Source: Dicyema japonicum (lineage: Eukaryota; Animalia; Dicyemida). Taken from it: DNA of 64,000 bases. Below, piece by piece: positions 11,150 to 22,769 of the stretch. Every line of letters begins with the position of its first letter. The first letter of the stretch is position 1. A program made the translations under genes and the position numbers. Location: the NCBI GenBank assembly GCA_011109175.1, contig RDEW01000099.1:26960-90959 (forward strand), given 5' to 3'. Below the pieces are notes generated by a model. That model searched no databases. It worked only from the letters and a program-made list of their open reading frames with translations, and was not told the DNA's origin.

Positions 11150-12900
11150 GGGGAGTTGGGTGATGTAGGTCTTCGATTGTCAGAAATATCGTGAGTTTCT
11201 CATTTCAAGATGCTCACCCAAATGCAGGATTTTCGATTCCCAATGTAAGTGCGCACCAGATGATTTTAAACACCCGTTAAAGCTCTCAATGTTAACTTTG
11301 TACCTCTTCAGCTTTTGTCGGAGGATGAGTGATATGCATGGAGTAAAGCTTATAGAGGCATAATTCAGTGTCGCCCTTATGAATTGCATGTACAGAGTGT
11401 TAGACAATACTTCCGTTGGCCGTTCGAGTGACCACCCACTGCTCGAAGGATATTTGATTTTCGCTCTGCTTTAGTCCAAAGTTGTTCAACATAACAAACT
11501 CAGAGGGTTAAGATATATAACACTGGAAAAGTTCGTTGTCGAAGTATATAGTAGGACTGTTGTCGAATTATCTCTGGTCTGTTGTAAATATCGTTATCGA
11601 GGATGTGGACGGAGACATCAAGTCTATCCAATCGATAATAAATTAAAATTTGTTTGGACATTAAATGAGGTCAGTTGAACGTTTTTATCCAATTATAAAG
11701 TCATTGATGTATGATAGAAGGAGCGTTTTGAGTCATCTGAATGTCGTTTGGGTAAAGATTAGAAATGATCGTGAAATAACAGATCCTTTAGGAACACCTT
11801 TGGGGAGTTTTCAAAATCGGGACACGTGATTATAAAAACAGGTTTAACCCAGTCTTCCAGGAAAGGAAATTTGAACTAGAACTGCCAAACTTGAGGGATA
11901 CTTGATGAACTGATCTTGTTCGAGAGGACCACACGAGAAATGGAGTCAAAGGATTATGTCAGATCGATTGTCACCAGACCAGTTCTATCGGTAGGTTTGC
12001 AACAAACTGCGTCTAGGTGGAGAGATGGGAGTTTGTCTAGTGAAGGGGAGGGAATCCATGTTCGATTTGGAAAGGTTGAGGTGGCTTGAAATCTCCTTTA
12101 AGAATATTCCTTCCATAATCTTCGATGCAACTGAGGTAAGTGAAATATATCTGTAGGAGAAATGGAGTAGGGTTTTTGACAGGAGAGTAGCGTGAATTTT
12201 GGATCAAGTCATGGATTAGAGTTATAGGGGGTCGTACCTCGTTGTGGTTGGACTCTCTTAGGTCGAATAGGTCTTCAGATATTGGAATGTGACTGATCTT
12301 TCAATTATGGGTGATCAAAACCTGAAAATTTTTGGTGAATCTCCAGAATTTTTGAGGTTTCGATTTTGGAGATAAATTAAGTCTATTTTTTATTCTTGAT
12401 TTTTTTATCTGGAAGGTGAATTTATACAAAGAGTCTTCAAGGATCTCCGGGACAAGTTCCACATCTTGTGTGTTGATTGCGGTTGTTCAGCATTACAAGG
12501 TGATTTAATTCTGAGGTGACTTGTTCTCCTCTGGCGTCTGTGAGTGAAATGAATGCCATAGTGAGTAAAGAGTGAAGATGACATTTAATGGTAATAACTT
12601 CCATGTGGTTATCTAGGCTTGCATGTCTATGGCGGGTAGTGTGGGTTAAATGAATGGAAGAATCTATGAGAGTGACCAGCCAACAACTATGGGACCCATT
12701 TGGCCTTTCGGAGTTGAGTACTGAGTAGTCTGTAATTTTGAGTGTTCGATAGTCTGGACATTTGCAGAAAAACAATATCAAGTTTGTGTCCAAAAAGTCT
12801 TTGAACTCAGTGTCCTTCGATGTGATCATATTAACGTTCTGTTGCAAGATTCTAATTTTGTTTGGTTAGAGGTTGTGCATGACAACTCTCGACGTCAGGA
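11150..12900 (-). mobile_element. Degraded APE-RT LINE ORF2 (CR1/L2-like)
   Basis: ISLTSVASKIMEGIF (RT domain 1), GVPKGSVI, YMQFIRATLNYAS, with APE-like remnants upstream in ORF 12437-12847. Confidence 0.7.
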
Positions 12901-13049
12901 AGATCTCATTGGGGTGAGGTTTTTGTGCCCGCTTGACGGTCGCCATTGGGAACTCCTTTGAGTGAACCGATAGGGAAATTTAGTGGTTATTTTTTATACA
13001 CATCCATATGACACGTGACATAAATGAACCTGCAATTGCAACCACACAA

Positions 13050-13260
13050 GACACTAATATCCTATTTTACCCGTTGTGGGTACTTTGTTGTAATTTCTCT
13101 TATTACTATTTGAATATCGATACCTAACTACCCTGCATCTCCCCATCTCGTTTGCAAGTACGTCATACTTCCTTTTTTCCTCAACTTTCACATTCTTGGG
13201 ACGTAATGCAAACTTCTATGATAAGGACTTGGGCAATCGTTGGGCTCCTGAGATATTTAA
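13050..13260 (-). mobile_element. C-terminal RLE fragment of an R4-like element
   Basis: KRKYDVLANEMG...VTKY-like motif, the same class as the 7.9-10.7 kb element. Confidence 0.45.
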
Positions 13261-13399
13261 TGAATGGTCGCTAAGAGACTAACCAAATGATGAATAAATG
13301 TTTTAGAAGTTCTATGTATCTTAATCCCACACGCATTCCTCCTCAAGGATTTTATGCCCCTCACCCAACGTTGCTTCATAAACACATATGGGTAGGCAC

Positions 13400-13800
13400 A
13401 CAGTTTCTGAATATAGCCGTTCCGTACATTCTCTCCAACGATTTCGATGTTATGTTGCCTAGCAATTCAACACCATCCTTGTCCTTGATTTTGCCAATCA
13501 TTTTCGTAAAGAGGGTTCATAATCTTTTTAGTTGTAAATACGCATTCGTAGTGTGACTTCTCTTATATTCATCTTCTATTTTTTGCAGTGTAACCTCCAG
13601 TAGTCTTTTTTATCCTTCCTGGCTGCCTTTCTGAATTCAGAGTTAAGTTTTCTTATCTCTTCTATATTCCCAGAGACTTTAGCAGCTTTACGAGCCTCAG
13701 CAATGTTTAGGGTGTTGGCAGAGAGCCACTCAGAGCACATGGCCGGCGTTTTGTATTTGACGTGTTTTATTGCAGCGTTCCTGATAACCAACTGCATATC
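13400..13800 (-). mobile_element. RTE-clade LINE inter-domain fragment
   Basis: WLSANTLNIAEARKAAK...RKLNSEFRKAARKDKKDYWRLHCKK matches the RTE linker between APE and RT. Confidence 0.75.
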
Positions 13801-13985
13801 ATTCGTCTTTGGTTTATTGCTAAATATCAAGAAGACCAAAATTATGACTACTGCTAATAATGGAATAATGGAACTAAAAATTGGGAATGAGAAAATAGAG
13901 AGTTGCGATAATGTTGTCTTTCTGGGATGTCTAATTAATTGGAATGGTGACAGAGGCTTGGAAATCAAGAGGCGAATTGCCATGG
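13801..13985 (+). mobile_element. RTE-clade RT fragment in opposite orientation
   Basis: GLLLNIKKTKIMTT...IGNEKIESCDNVVFLGCLINWNGDRGLEIKRRIAM. Confidence 0.8.
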
Positions 13986-14072
13986 AGATCTCCGCGAATG
14001 CTGCTGGCTGTTTGAGCGAATTTCGCTCAATTCTGAAAGGGATCAGTCACGCAGTGAGGGGAGCAGCTAACA
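13985..14072 (+). mobile_element. CRE-like 3' terminus (copy of 16585-16670)
   Basis: gagatctccgcgaatgctgctggctgtttgagcgaatttcgctc aligns to gagatctccgcgaacgccgctggctattgagcgaatttcgctc at about 16585. Confidence 0.7.
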
Positions 14073-14099
14073 AATGTTTTGTCCTTTTTTTTGCCTATA

Positions 14100-16440
14100 A
14101 AAATAGATTATTAAATTTTAATTTTTTGAAAATTATTTTAATTGTTCAAAACATTGTATAATAATTAGATAATCAATTTTGTTATAATTATTAAATAATC
14201 ATTAATATATAAGACTTGCAAACTAAAATCAAAAAATATTGACAAAAACATTTTTCTTTGACGTTGAAACATTAACTCAAACATTAATTCAGTCTAATGC
14301 TGATTCAATCAAAAACACTTCTCTCAATAATTACATTTCTTCTAAAACATTACATTTACAAAATCTGTGAAAGTTACAATCTCAAGCAATTATCAGAATT
14401 CTGAAATAAACTAACACAATCATTTTGATAAACTCTAAATTCAGTGTAACTAGCACTCAGATATGATGGACAGGACCTTTCGCTTTAATGGTCATAGACA
14501 ATTCGAGTCTGTCATATTCAAATTCATTTACCTTTGATATACAAAAAATTGCAAAGTTTTGTCATTGAAAACATTAATTCATATAATTCTTGATTCTCTC
14601 AATAATTACATTTTTTCTAAACATTATTTGACAAATAGTTCAGTTTTGAATATAAAAGAACATTCGTTCTACTTTAAAATCAAAACAACTTACATTTTAA
14701 CAGATATGAGATAGTGACTATTTCCTCAATTATCGAATTTTGAAATAAAATTAAACAAAATAATTTTGATTAAAAAAATATAAATCCATTGCAAAACATA
14801 AATTCGCTTGGCTACATATTTTGATTGTTCAAAACACTTATTGTCCTATTTTATACAAATATAATTTCGACGAATCCTTTTTTATCCTAAATTTATAGAA
14901 TCCTTGACTGATGTATTCATCGTATTTGCTATTGCATTTTCCATAAGTAATCACTATAAATTGTTCTTTAAGTCATTGGCATCAAGGGAGATACAAAGTT
15001 CAACATAAAATTGGAAGACATATTTTTATTCACTGACACAATCATACATTCCCAGTATTGCTTAATTTACAGTTCTTCAAGTGCCGGTCTAAACGTCATA
15101 TCGAAATCTTAATATCCATTTTTTCACCATCTCAGTAGAATATCATTTTTGTCCACAAATAGAACAGGCTGACTCTGAGTCGTTAATTTGGACATTGTTG
15201 AGTATAAAAGCTAATATTTTAAATCACCGGTTTTCTTGACATGTTAGCTATTCAATCAAATCAAGTTTCAAGATGATACAGAAATGCAGATCATGAATGT
15301 TCAACTTTGAAAAAAAATACATAAAAACTTATCCCCACTGGAAAAGCATGGACCTAGAACATCCAGTGATTTCCTTATCTATTTTTGTTGGACAGATTCC
15401 TTTCATAACTTTGTCCAAAAATCTATTAAATCTCTTATTCCTTGACAAATGATATACTCTTCTCTTTAATGTTCTGTTAACGTTTTCACGTCAATCTGCT
15501 TCAACTTAAAATTTCATCCTAAATCTGATTTTTTTATTACTACTCCACATGCGACTTTTTATTTGAAATGCAACTTTGTATTTTATTTATGATTTAATAT
15601 TTAATTACTCATTACAATATATATTTCTGGTGGTTTTCCACTTTTAATAAATATTTTTCTTTTCTTGTTTTTAATTGTGATTCTCTTTTACCGAATAAAT
15701 ACGAATATCAACGTCTTTAACAAAATCCTCTGATCTTTAGATATTTCGTTCGATAAATTCACTTATTTCCATTAATATGAAATCCTTTAATGTTAATCTG
15801 ACGAATTAAATATTATTTGTAAGAAATTCAATGTTTTTTATTTGAACTGATGGATTTGTGTCAAAAACCTCAACGATGCCCATTTACAAAGTATCATCCA
15901 CATTAGACATAATTTCAACACTATTGATCAAATGACTTATATTAAACAGTAAATAACCTTAGTATTGTTCCAATGCTGTTAAATGTTGTTTAAAGTCAAA
16001 ATTAAATAAATTATCAATTAAGGACTGTGAGAATGTATATTCCATAATTGTTCGTAATTGATCAACGTGGTCTTGAGTGGAGTTTGAAAATTCCACTTTA
16101 ACAACTACATTGTAATACTTGTAATACTCGTCAAATAGTAATTAGTTTCGTGTAATCTAAAAATCAAATCCTTAACAAAAGCAGTGACTTCTGAAGACTC
16201 CATGAAATGGTAATTAAAATTCTGTTTAACTATGAACCAAGAATGTCGTTCTCCGGTATTCATTCGTTCAATAGATTCCTTATTTACTCATTTATAAAGT
16301 CCACAAAGGTTTGGAGGACATTTATGGACTTCCTAGCCAGATATGATTCATAGTTTATGGAAATGCTCAACAGTTGAGGATTTCTGATCACTCAACTATA
16401 TTGATGACATCTAAGAATACCTGATATTAACGCAGCTCCT
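14100..16440 (-). pseudogene. CKAP5: XMAP215/ch-TOG (CKAP5) fragment, TOG5 and downstream region, repeat copy 1
   Basis: Minus strand 16105-15850 reads LKWNFQTP-QDHVDQLRTIMEYTFSQSLIDNLFNFDFKQHLTALE...HL...EIMSNVD-ILCKWASLRFFDTNPSVQIK, versus remembered ch-TOG [20 protein letters not shown]...DEMFHSDFQHHNKAL...DLILKWLTLRFFDTNTSV. Downstream LKQID and DSINLG motifs. Many frameshifts and stops. Extension beyond about 16160 is less certain. Confidence 0.82.
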
Positions 16441-16489
16441 GAGCTCTTCCCAAGGCAAAGACTGGAATGAGTCATCTTCCCCATAAAAA

Positions 16490-16670
16490 ACAATCACATG
16501 AACCCAACTTCCGGATCCTACTCCCCCTCTACACTCGAGTTTTTCGGACGTCTTGGAAACCGGATCACCTCATGCACTGGAGATCTCCGCGAACGCCGCT
16601 GGCTATTGAGCGAATTTCGCTCGCAATTTTGAGAGGGAACAGCCACGCGGTGAGAGCGGCAACTACCTGA
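16490..16670 (+). mobile_element. CRE-like non-LTR 3' terminus
   Basis: STLEFFGRLGNRITSCTGDLRE...ERISLAILRGNSHAVRAATT*, followed by an AT-rich tail. Confidence 0.75.
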
Positions 16671-17619
16671 CTTCTATTGTTTAAATTAACCTTAAAAATA
16701 TAACTTTAAATTAAAAAAAATAAAATGAACCCAACTCGTGAATCTTCGCTCTCTATCTTTTTAGCTGTAAAAAATGGTTCATAAGTCGATTCCTAAAATT
16801 TCCACAAGAAAATGACAATAATGAGGACGTCAGGTACAACTAGGGGAGCCTAGCTTCCATTAAGTGTCAAGTCTTCTTCTCTAGAGAAATCGCCAGTGTA
16901 TAAAATTTTAATCACAATAAGCTCAATGAAAAACATTGTAGCACCAAGTACATGGCTAACAGTGGATAAATTGATAGCTTTGAATTGTCATAAGAATAAG
17001 AATTTACCATGCACTGATTGATTCTTTTTTAATTTTAATTTTTTAAATTAATTTTTGTTTAATTATTAACTAGACATCTGCGGAGGGCTTGACGCTAGCT
17101 TCGAATATTTGACAAACAACGTTATCTCTTCTGAGACCTTTTCAGTCCGGACTTGTATACTTGCTAAAGTTCAATGTTGTATATATGCGACACGATAACT
17201 CAGATGTCTAGTATTGATTTAAAGTGCTTAGGAGATTTGAAATAGGTAATTTATTATTATTGCATTTGTAAGAAGAGTGTTTAAATAAGCAGTTTAAAAT
17301 CAAGATTTGATTGTTTTACCCACATGGGGTGTCTCCCATTGTCAACTATCTCCGGGATCTCTGGGACCTTGTATTACTGCCAAGAAATGATTAAAGTGGT
17401 AAGATTTTGATATTAGCATTGAAGGTCACGCCACTTGACAGGATGATATAGATCGAAATTTACGGAAACTCAAATCTTCATATCTAGATACATACAACAT
17501 TGAGCTTTAATTAGTACTAGACCGTTTGCACCCTCCTTGTGTTTAAATACTCGTAATTGTAATTTTCTAGCGACAAGATTGGTAAAAGACACAGGACAGT
17601 CATTCATGAATATTCTGGA

Positions 17620-18060
17620 TAAAAACTTAATTTTGAGATTAATTGGCTTTATTGGCTACATCTAAATTATTATTGGTTAAACGTTCATTTTGCAACCTAC
17701 GTGTTCATTATGATATGGATTTATGAAGACATCGCCCATCTTGAGTCAAATGGGTAATGGCACCAAGTATTATCCATTAAATCACCCAGTAGAGCGTCTG
17801 GAACGAGAAAATGTCTTACCATACATTCGTGAAGAAATTCAGCTTTTAGTGAGGTTGAGTAAAATAGAATTTACATAAAATTCCCCATCACTTTCAACTT
17901 GCAAAGTAACTTAGAATCAATCGTACTTGTTGACATTTAATAATAAAACTTTTAAAGACTTTTTGAGACCACAGAATAGGAGACTGTTAGAATAAGTAGA
18001 ATTTTGATTATATATGTTAATGTTTAAAGAAGATTATGGTGAATTTTACGCCTCATTTAT
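17620..18060. repeat. About 450-bp segment duplicated at 19090-19480
   Basis: Shared blocks such as gagcgtctggaacgagaaaatgtctt(a/g)ccatacattcgtgaagaaattcagc and ttccccatcactttcaacttgcaa. Confidence 0.9.
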
Positions 18061-18244
18061 TCGAATAGTGAAATTGCAGAAGCTAATTCAAGTCAAATGT
18101 AATTTGTTGTTGTAAAATCTTAATACATGAAGAGGAACTTCACTTGATTGTCATCTCAAAATTAACTAAAAGAAAGTCTTAAGCTCTGTGACTGTCCAGA
18201 AAAACTAAGATCGAAGAAATTCCCGAAAATCGTTTTACTCGTTT

Positions 18245-18860
18245 GCCAGTAGTGTCATGTGGTCCAGTTAAGCTGTGGGCCCTCAGCAATTACATTACAA
18301 ACTATTATACGGGGGATGCCAGTCAAGTCATGACCCCTTCTTCACATCTCTCAAAAGGGCAAGCTCTGAGGAATTCCATAAACTCGTATGACGTTTGTAA
18401 GTTTGGGGTACACGAGGTTGCACGTGGTCGAGTCAAGCGTTGGCCATTAGCAATTACCTTGTAAATTATAAAGCGGGGGAGGCAGTCTAGTCATGGGTAT
18501 TTCTTCAATTTTCTCAAAATGTCAAGCTCTGAGGAAATCCATAAAATCGATATGCCGTATGACGGGATAGGGCACACGCGGTGTCACGTAATCGAGTCGA
18601 GCTTTGCCCATTAGATTACCTTACAAATTATAAAGCGGGGGAATCCAGTCTAGTCACAAACATTCTTCACATCTCCAAAAAACCTAGCTCTGAGGAATTC
18701 CATAAAATCGATATGCCGTATGACGGGATAGGGGACACGCGGTGTCACGTAATCGAGTCGAGGTTTGAGCATCACCCATTACCTTACAAACTATTAAGCA
18801 GGAGAGGCCAGTCTAGTCATAACCACTTATTCACATTTCCCAAAAAGCCAAGCTAAATTA
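18245..18860. repeat. Tandem array of about 162-bp satellite units (about 4 units), array 1
   Basis: gctctgagga(a)ttccataaa recurs at 18363, 18526 and 18687. Each unit carries the gtgtcacgt, ttacctta/caaa and ccagtctagtca blocks. Confidence 0.9.
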
Positions 18861-19089
18861 CGAGTTACGTAATATTTCGATAATATTAATTATAAATTCA
18901 TTGCACAATATTCTACAGCAAAGATTTTCTTTGATGGCCATTAATTCATCCTTCTTTTCCAATCATACGAGATTTAAAAATTTGGGGATAAATTTACATT
19001 ATTATTATACCAATCGTAATGATATTGGGAAGATCTACAGGATTAGTCGAACACTCGCGGCAGACATTCAAATAATATTTTGGATACAG

Positions 19090-19480
19090 ACTCAATTTTG
19101 AGATTAACTGGCGTTCGTTGGCTTCCATCATTGAGTCAAATAGGTAATGGCAACTAGTATTGGTCTTCAAATCACTCAGTCGAGCGTCTGGAACGAGAAA
19201 ATGTCTTGCCATACATTCGTGAAGAAATTCAGCCCTTAGTGAAGTCTTTGTGTAAAATAGAATTTACATAAAATTCCCCATCACTTTCAACTTGCAATGC
19301 AACTGAGAATCAATTGTACTTAGTTGACATTTAATAATAAAACTTTTTTTAATTTTAATAAACCTTATTATTTAAAGTCTTTTAGAGACCACAGGGGATA
19401 GGTGTTCAATTAGAAGAGGTAGAATTTTGATTTTATATTTTAATGTTTAGAAAAGATTATGGTGCACCTTGCGCTTCCTT
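19090..19480. repeat. Second copy of the 17620-18060 segment
   Basis: Direct alignment to 17620-18060 with scattered substitutions and small indels. Confidence 0.9.
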
Positions 19481-20739
19481 TATTCGGAAAATCGGATTTC
19501 GATGCTTACTGTTCCCGTAAGACGCGTAGATTAAGGCGAAATGAAAGAAGACAATGATTTCCGTCGCACTCTACGGAACAACAAATTCGCAGTTAAAAAC
19601 ATCTAAATGACAATCTATAATAATTCAAATGAAAAAATATTAAACTATAAGCAAAATTTAAATCAACAGTAACTTACTATAACAAATAATATAAATCCAA
19701 AAACAAAGTCACGTAAATCGAAACCTTAAGATCATAAAAAACAATTTGCTTTCCAAAGTGTAGTTGGAAAAGATAAGGCGAGATTTTCAAAATTTGTAAG
19801 GAAATCCTTTTGAAATTTCGTTGCCAAAGTTAATTTCAGGTTTGACAATTTATTAAAGTTCCAGAATATGAGTTGTTGAAGGCTGAATTAGAAAAAACTT
19901 AGTGAGCTTCAAGAAACACTGTTAGTTGAGGAAATATAATTGAAATCAGAATGTCAAGACATGGAAGCTTAAAATTTGACCGGCTAATCACGTATTTGAT
20001 GAACGTAGAGTGTGCTTGCTATTTTTACTTTAAGAATATGGAAATTTAACGTATCAGAATCCGTTCATAAATTATCTGCCGAGGTTGACGAATCAATATA
20101 ACTTACTCTTTGATCATTATGAATCGTTTTGATTATAAATTTAATTACGGGCTTCCCCAAAAATAAATGAAAAAAATACATTTTTTAAAACATATATTTT
20201 TTATTTTAGTAAAATTTATAAAAAATTTATATACTACATTAAATTTTTTTCTTGCTAATAATAATTTTAAAGAATCGTATAATAAAATATTTGACTTAAG
20301 AATTTTTTATCAAATAAAGAGATTATTAGAGTCCCATAAAGTGATTCATTATAAACCAATTATTAAGAGAATGAACAAAAACTATTATAACGGCTCTCAC
20401 TCAGCATCCTATCGATTGCCCCTTTCCCTTTTTTGTTATTAATGATCCGATGGCCCGTAAGACTGTTGGATCCAAGATCTCCTTTACTGAGACTGATCCA
20501 GGGCGAAAAGAAAAGAAATCTTAAATACAGAAGGCGTCTCACGTCAAATAATTCCCAGTCTTGTCCAGAAAAAAAGTACCGGGGTTTTTCGAAAATAGAC
20601 CCATCAGTTTAATTTTAGAAAAGAATATTTTCGGAAAAATTTGGAACTATTTTTTTGAATTAAATTATATAAACTAATTTAACCAAGTTATTTAATTTAT
20701 TTATTTCAAATATGCACATTATCTTTCACATTAACATAT

Positions 20740-21190
20740 CAAGTGAACTAACATCTAAGTTAAAAACCTATACAATCAAAGAAAAACTTTCCGCGTTAAA
20801 AAAATTGTCAGTGCAATATAAACATTGAAGAAGCATCTGGACAACCTTGTATAGACCGTAAGAGTCTACGAAGTTGGCATAAAAATAATACAAATTTGCC
20901 AAATTCATCAAAACAACCCGTTTCACGTAAATTAGGAACTTTTGAAAAAACAGTGTTTTTCCTGAAATTGAAAAAAAATGTTTGAATGTATAAAATCAGA
21001 AAAACTTACCCACAAAAAAATTGTGAGCTACCACGTTTAAGAGAATTCGTATGCTCATTGAAAAGACATTTAAATATTGCTGAGTTTAAATGTTCTAATA
21101 ATTGGATTTTCAATTTCTGTAAAAGACATCACCTGACAAGTAGACGAATAACACATGTAGGCCAACAATATAATAGGCCTATAGAAGAAA
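20740..21190 (+). mobile_element. pogo/Tigger transposase N-terminal (CENP-B-type HTH) fragment
   Basis: YTIKEKLSAL...; FKCSNNWIFNFCKRHHLTSRRITHVGQQ. Confidence 0.8.
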
Positions 21191-21574
21191 AAAGGTATTT
21201 TTGGCACTACTTTTTTGGCATGGGCTTTCGGAAAACCTCGGTAGTTTACTCCCATGTGCCTCACGTTTCTTCAAGTGGAAGGAGGTGTTAACTGCCTTCT
21301 TTCATCTCCACCGGTTGTCATGCAAACATTGATGTAGTCATTGTAGAAGCTAGTCATGTTCTAGAAGTGCCCTAATGATGTGCAGAAAAGAGCTCTGAGG
21401 CTAATTTGTGAATACAGAGACAAGTTTTTGTTAATTATCTCAACAGTCTATTTGCTTATTCCCGCTGTAGTAATTGACGTTTCTTTTCACGATAACTATC
21501 AAGGTCAACTGGTAAAGCTATTGGTTTCCACTAACGATTTGGCTTTTGAGTATTTTAAGTTTTGTATGAAAAAC

Positions 21575-21876
21575 ATAGACTTGAGTATTTCATCAGTCAA
21601 GTTTTTTCAACAGCTAAGGGTTTGAATCCTGGCATTTGAATGTTTTCTTATTTCACAAAGTTAAATAAATCCGATGTCTTCTGACTTTAAGAGAAGTGCG
21701 ATAGGATACATTGACCTTCAAGAGATAGACTTGAGTATTTCATCAGTCAAGTTTTTTCAACAGCTAAGGGTTTGAATCCTGGCATTTGAATGTTTTCTTA
21801 TTTCACAAAGTTAAATAAATCCGATGTCTTCTGACTTTAAGAGAAGTGCGATAGGATACATTGACCTTCAAGAGAT
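21575..21876. repeat. Perfect 150-bp tandem duplication
   Basis: atagacttgagtatttcatc... starts at 21575 and 21725. No mismatch seen between the two copies. Confidence 0.95.
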
Positions 21877-22139
21877 CAAGGCATTAAGTCTAATAGAGCT
21901 AGCCGGCAACTTAACCGTCAGTTTCGTTATGATAACCAAATTTATGGTTGCGAAGAAGATGATTGTATCATTCGAATTCAATCAGGAAATCAAAATTATC
22001 TTTTCTTTTAAATTTAATCAGGCAAACTTTTTATTTTTGTCGGTTAATCTGGAAATCATGATCATTAAGTACTTTTTTCTTCAGAGAATTGAATTACTGA
22101 ATAAGAGCATTCAAAATCTATCTGTTTTTATTGGCTTTT

Positions 22140-22388
22140 AGCTTAATAAATATATCAATGATCCAAAAGGTCACCAAGGATCTGCGTGAGACTAACAACA
22201 ACAATTTGATTAAGGAAAGAGTTAAGAGTTATTGAGAAGCATTACATCTGAGTCCGATCTGAAANGCTTAATAAATATATCAATGATCCAAAAGGTCACC
22301 AAGGATCTGCGTGAGACTAACAACAACAATTTGATTAAGGAAAGAGTTAAGAATTATTAAGAAGCATTACATCTGAGTCCGATCTGAA
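22140..22388. repeat. Near-perfect 124-bp tandem duplication
   Basis: gcttaataaatatatcaatgatcc... starts at 22141 and 22265. Two substitutions seen. Confidence 0.95.
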
Positions 22389-22769
22389 AATTTGGACTCT
22401 CCTTCATTTAATTACTCTTTTAGTGTTATGTGCCTACTTATTTTATTTTATATTAAAAAATTAAATAATTGTAAAAATGGAATTTATGGCAATTAAAATG
22501 AATTATGTCATTAAAATCAAAAAAGTGGCAAAAATTGTATCTATAACTTCATAAAAGGTAAAACATTTTAAAAAAATCTTTGTATAATTTTACTCATTAA
22601 TAACAAAATTAATCTTTTCATTAAAATGGCATTTTATGGCAAAATATCATGACATTTATAATTACATAATTAAATTAAAATAACCAATTTTATTTAATTA
22701 ATTTTGATTTTATTGAATAAATAAAATAAATAAATTACATAAATAATATACAACGAATTTTGTCGAGCA

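Noticed and set aside
18245-18860. Satellite arrays as CRISPR arrays or as a coding repeat protein
   Set aside because: Eukaryotic context, whole units are homologous with no unique spacers, no cas genes, and periods of 163/161 break frame.
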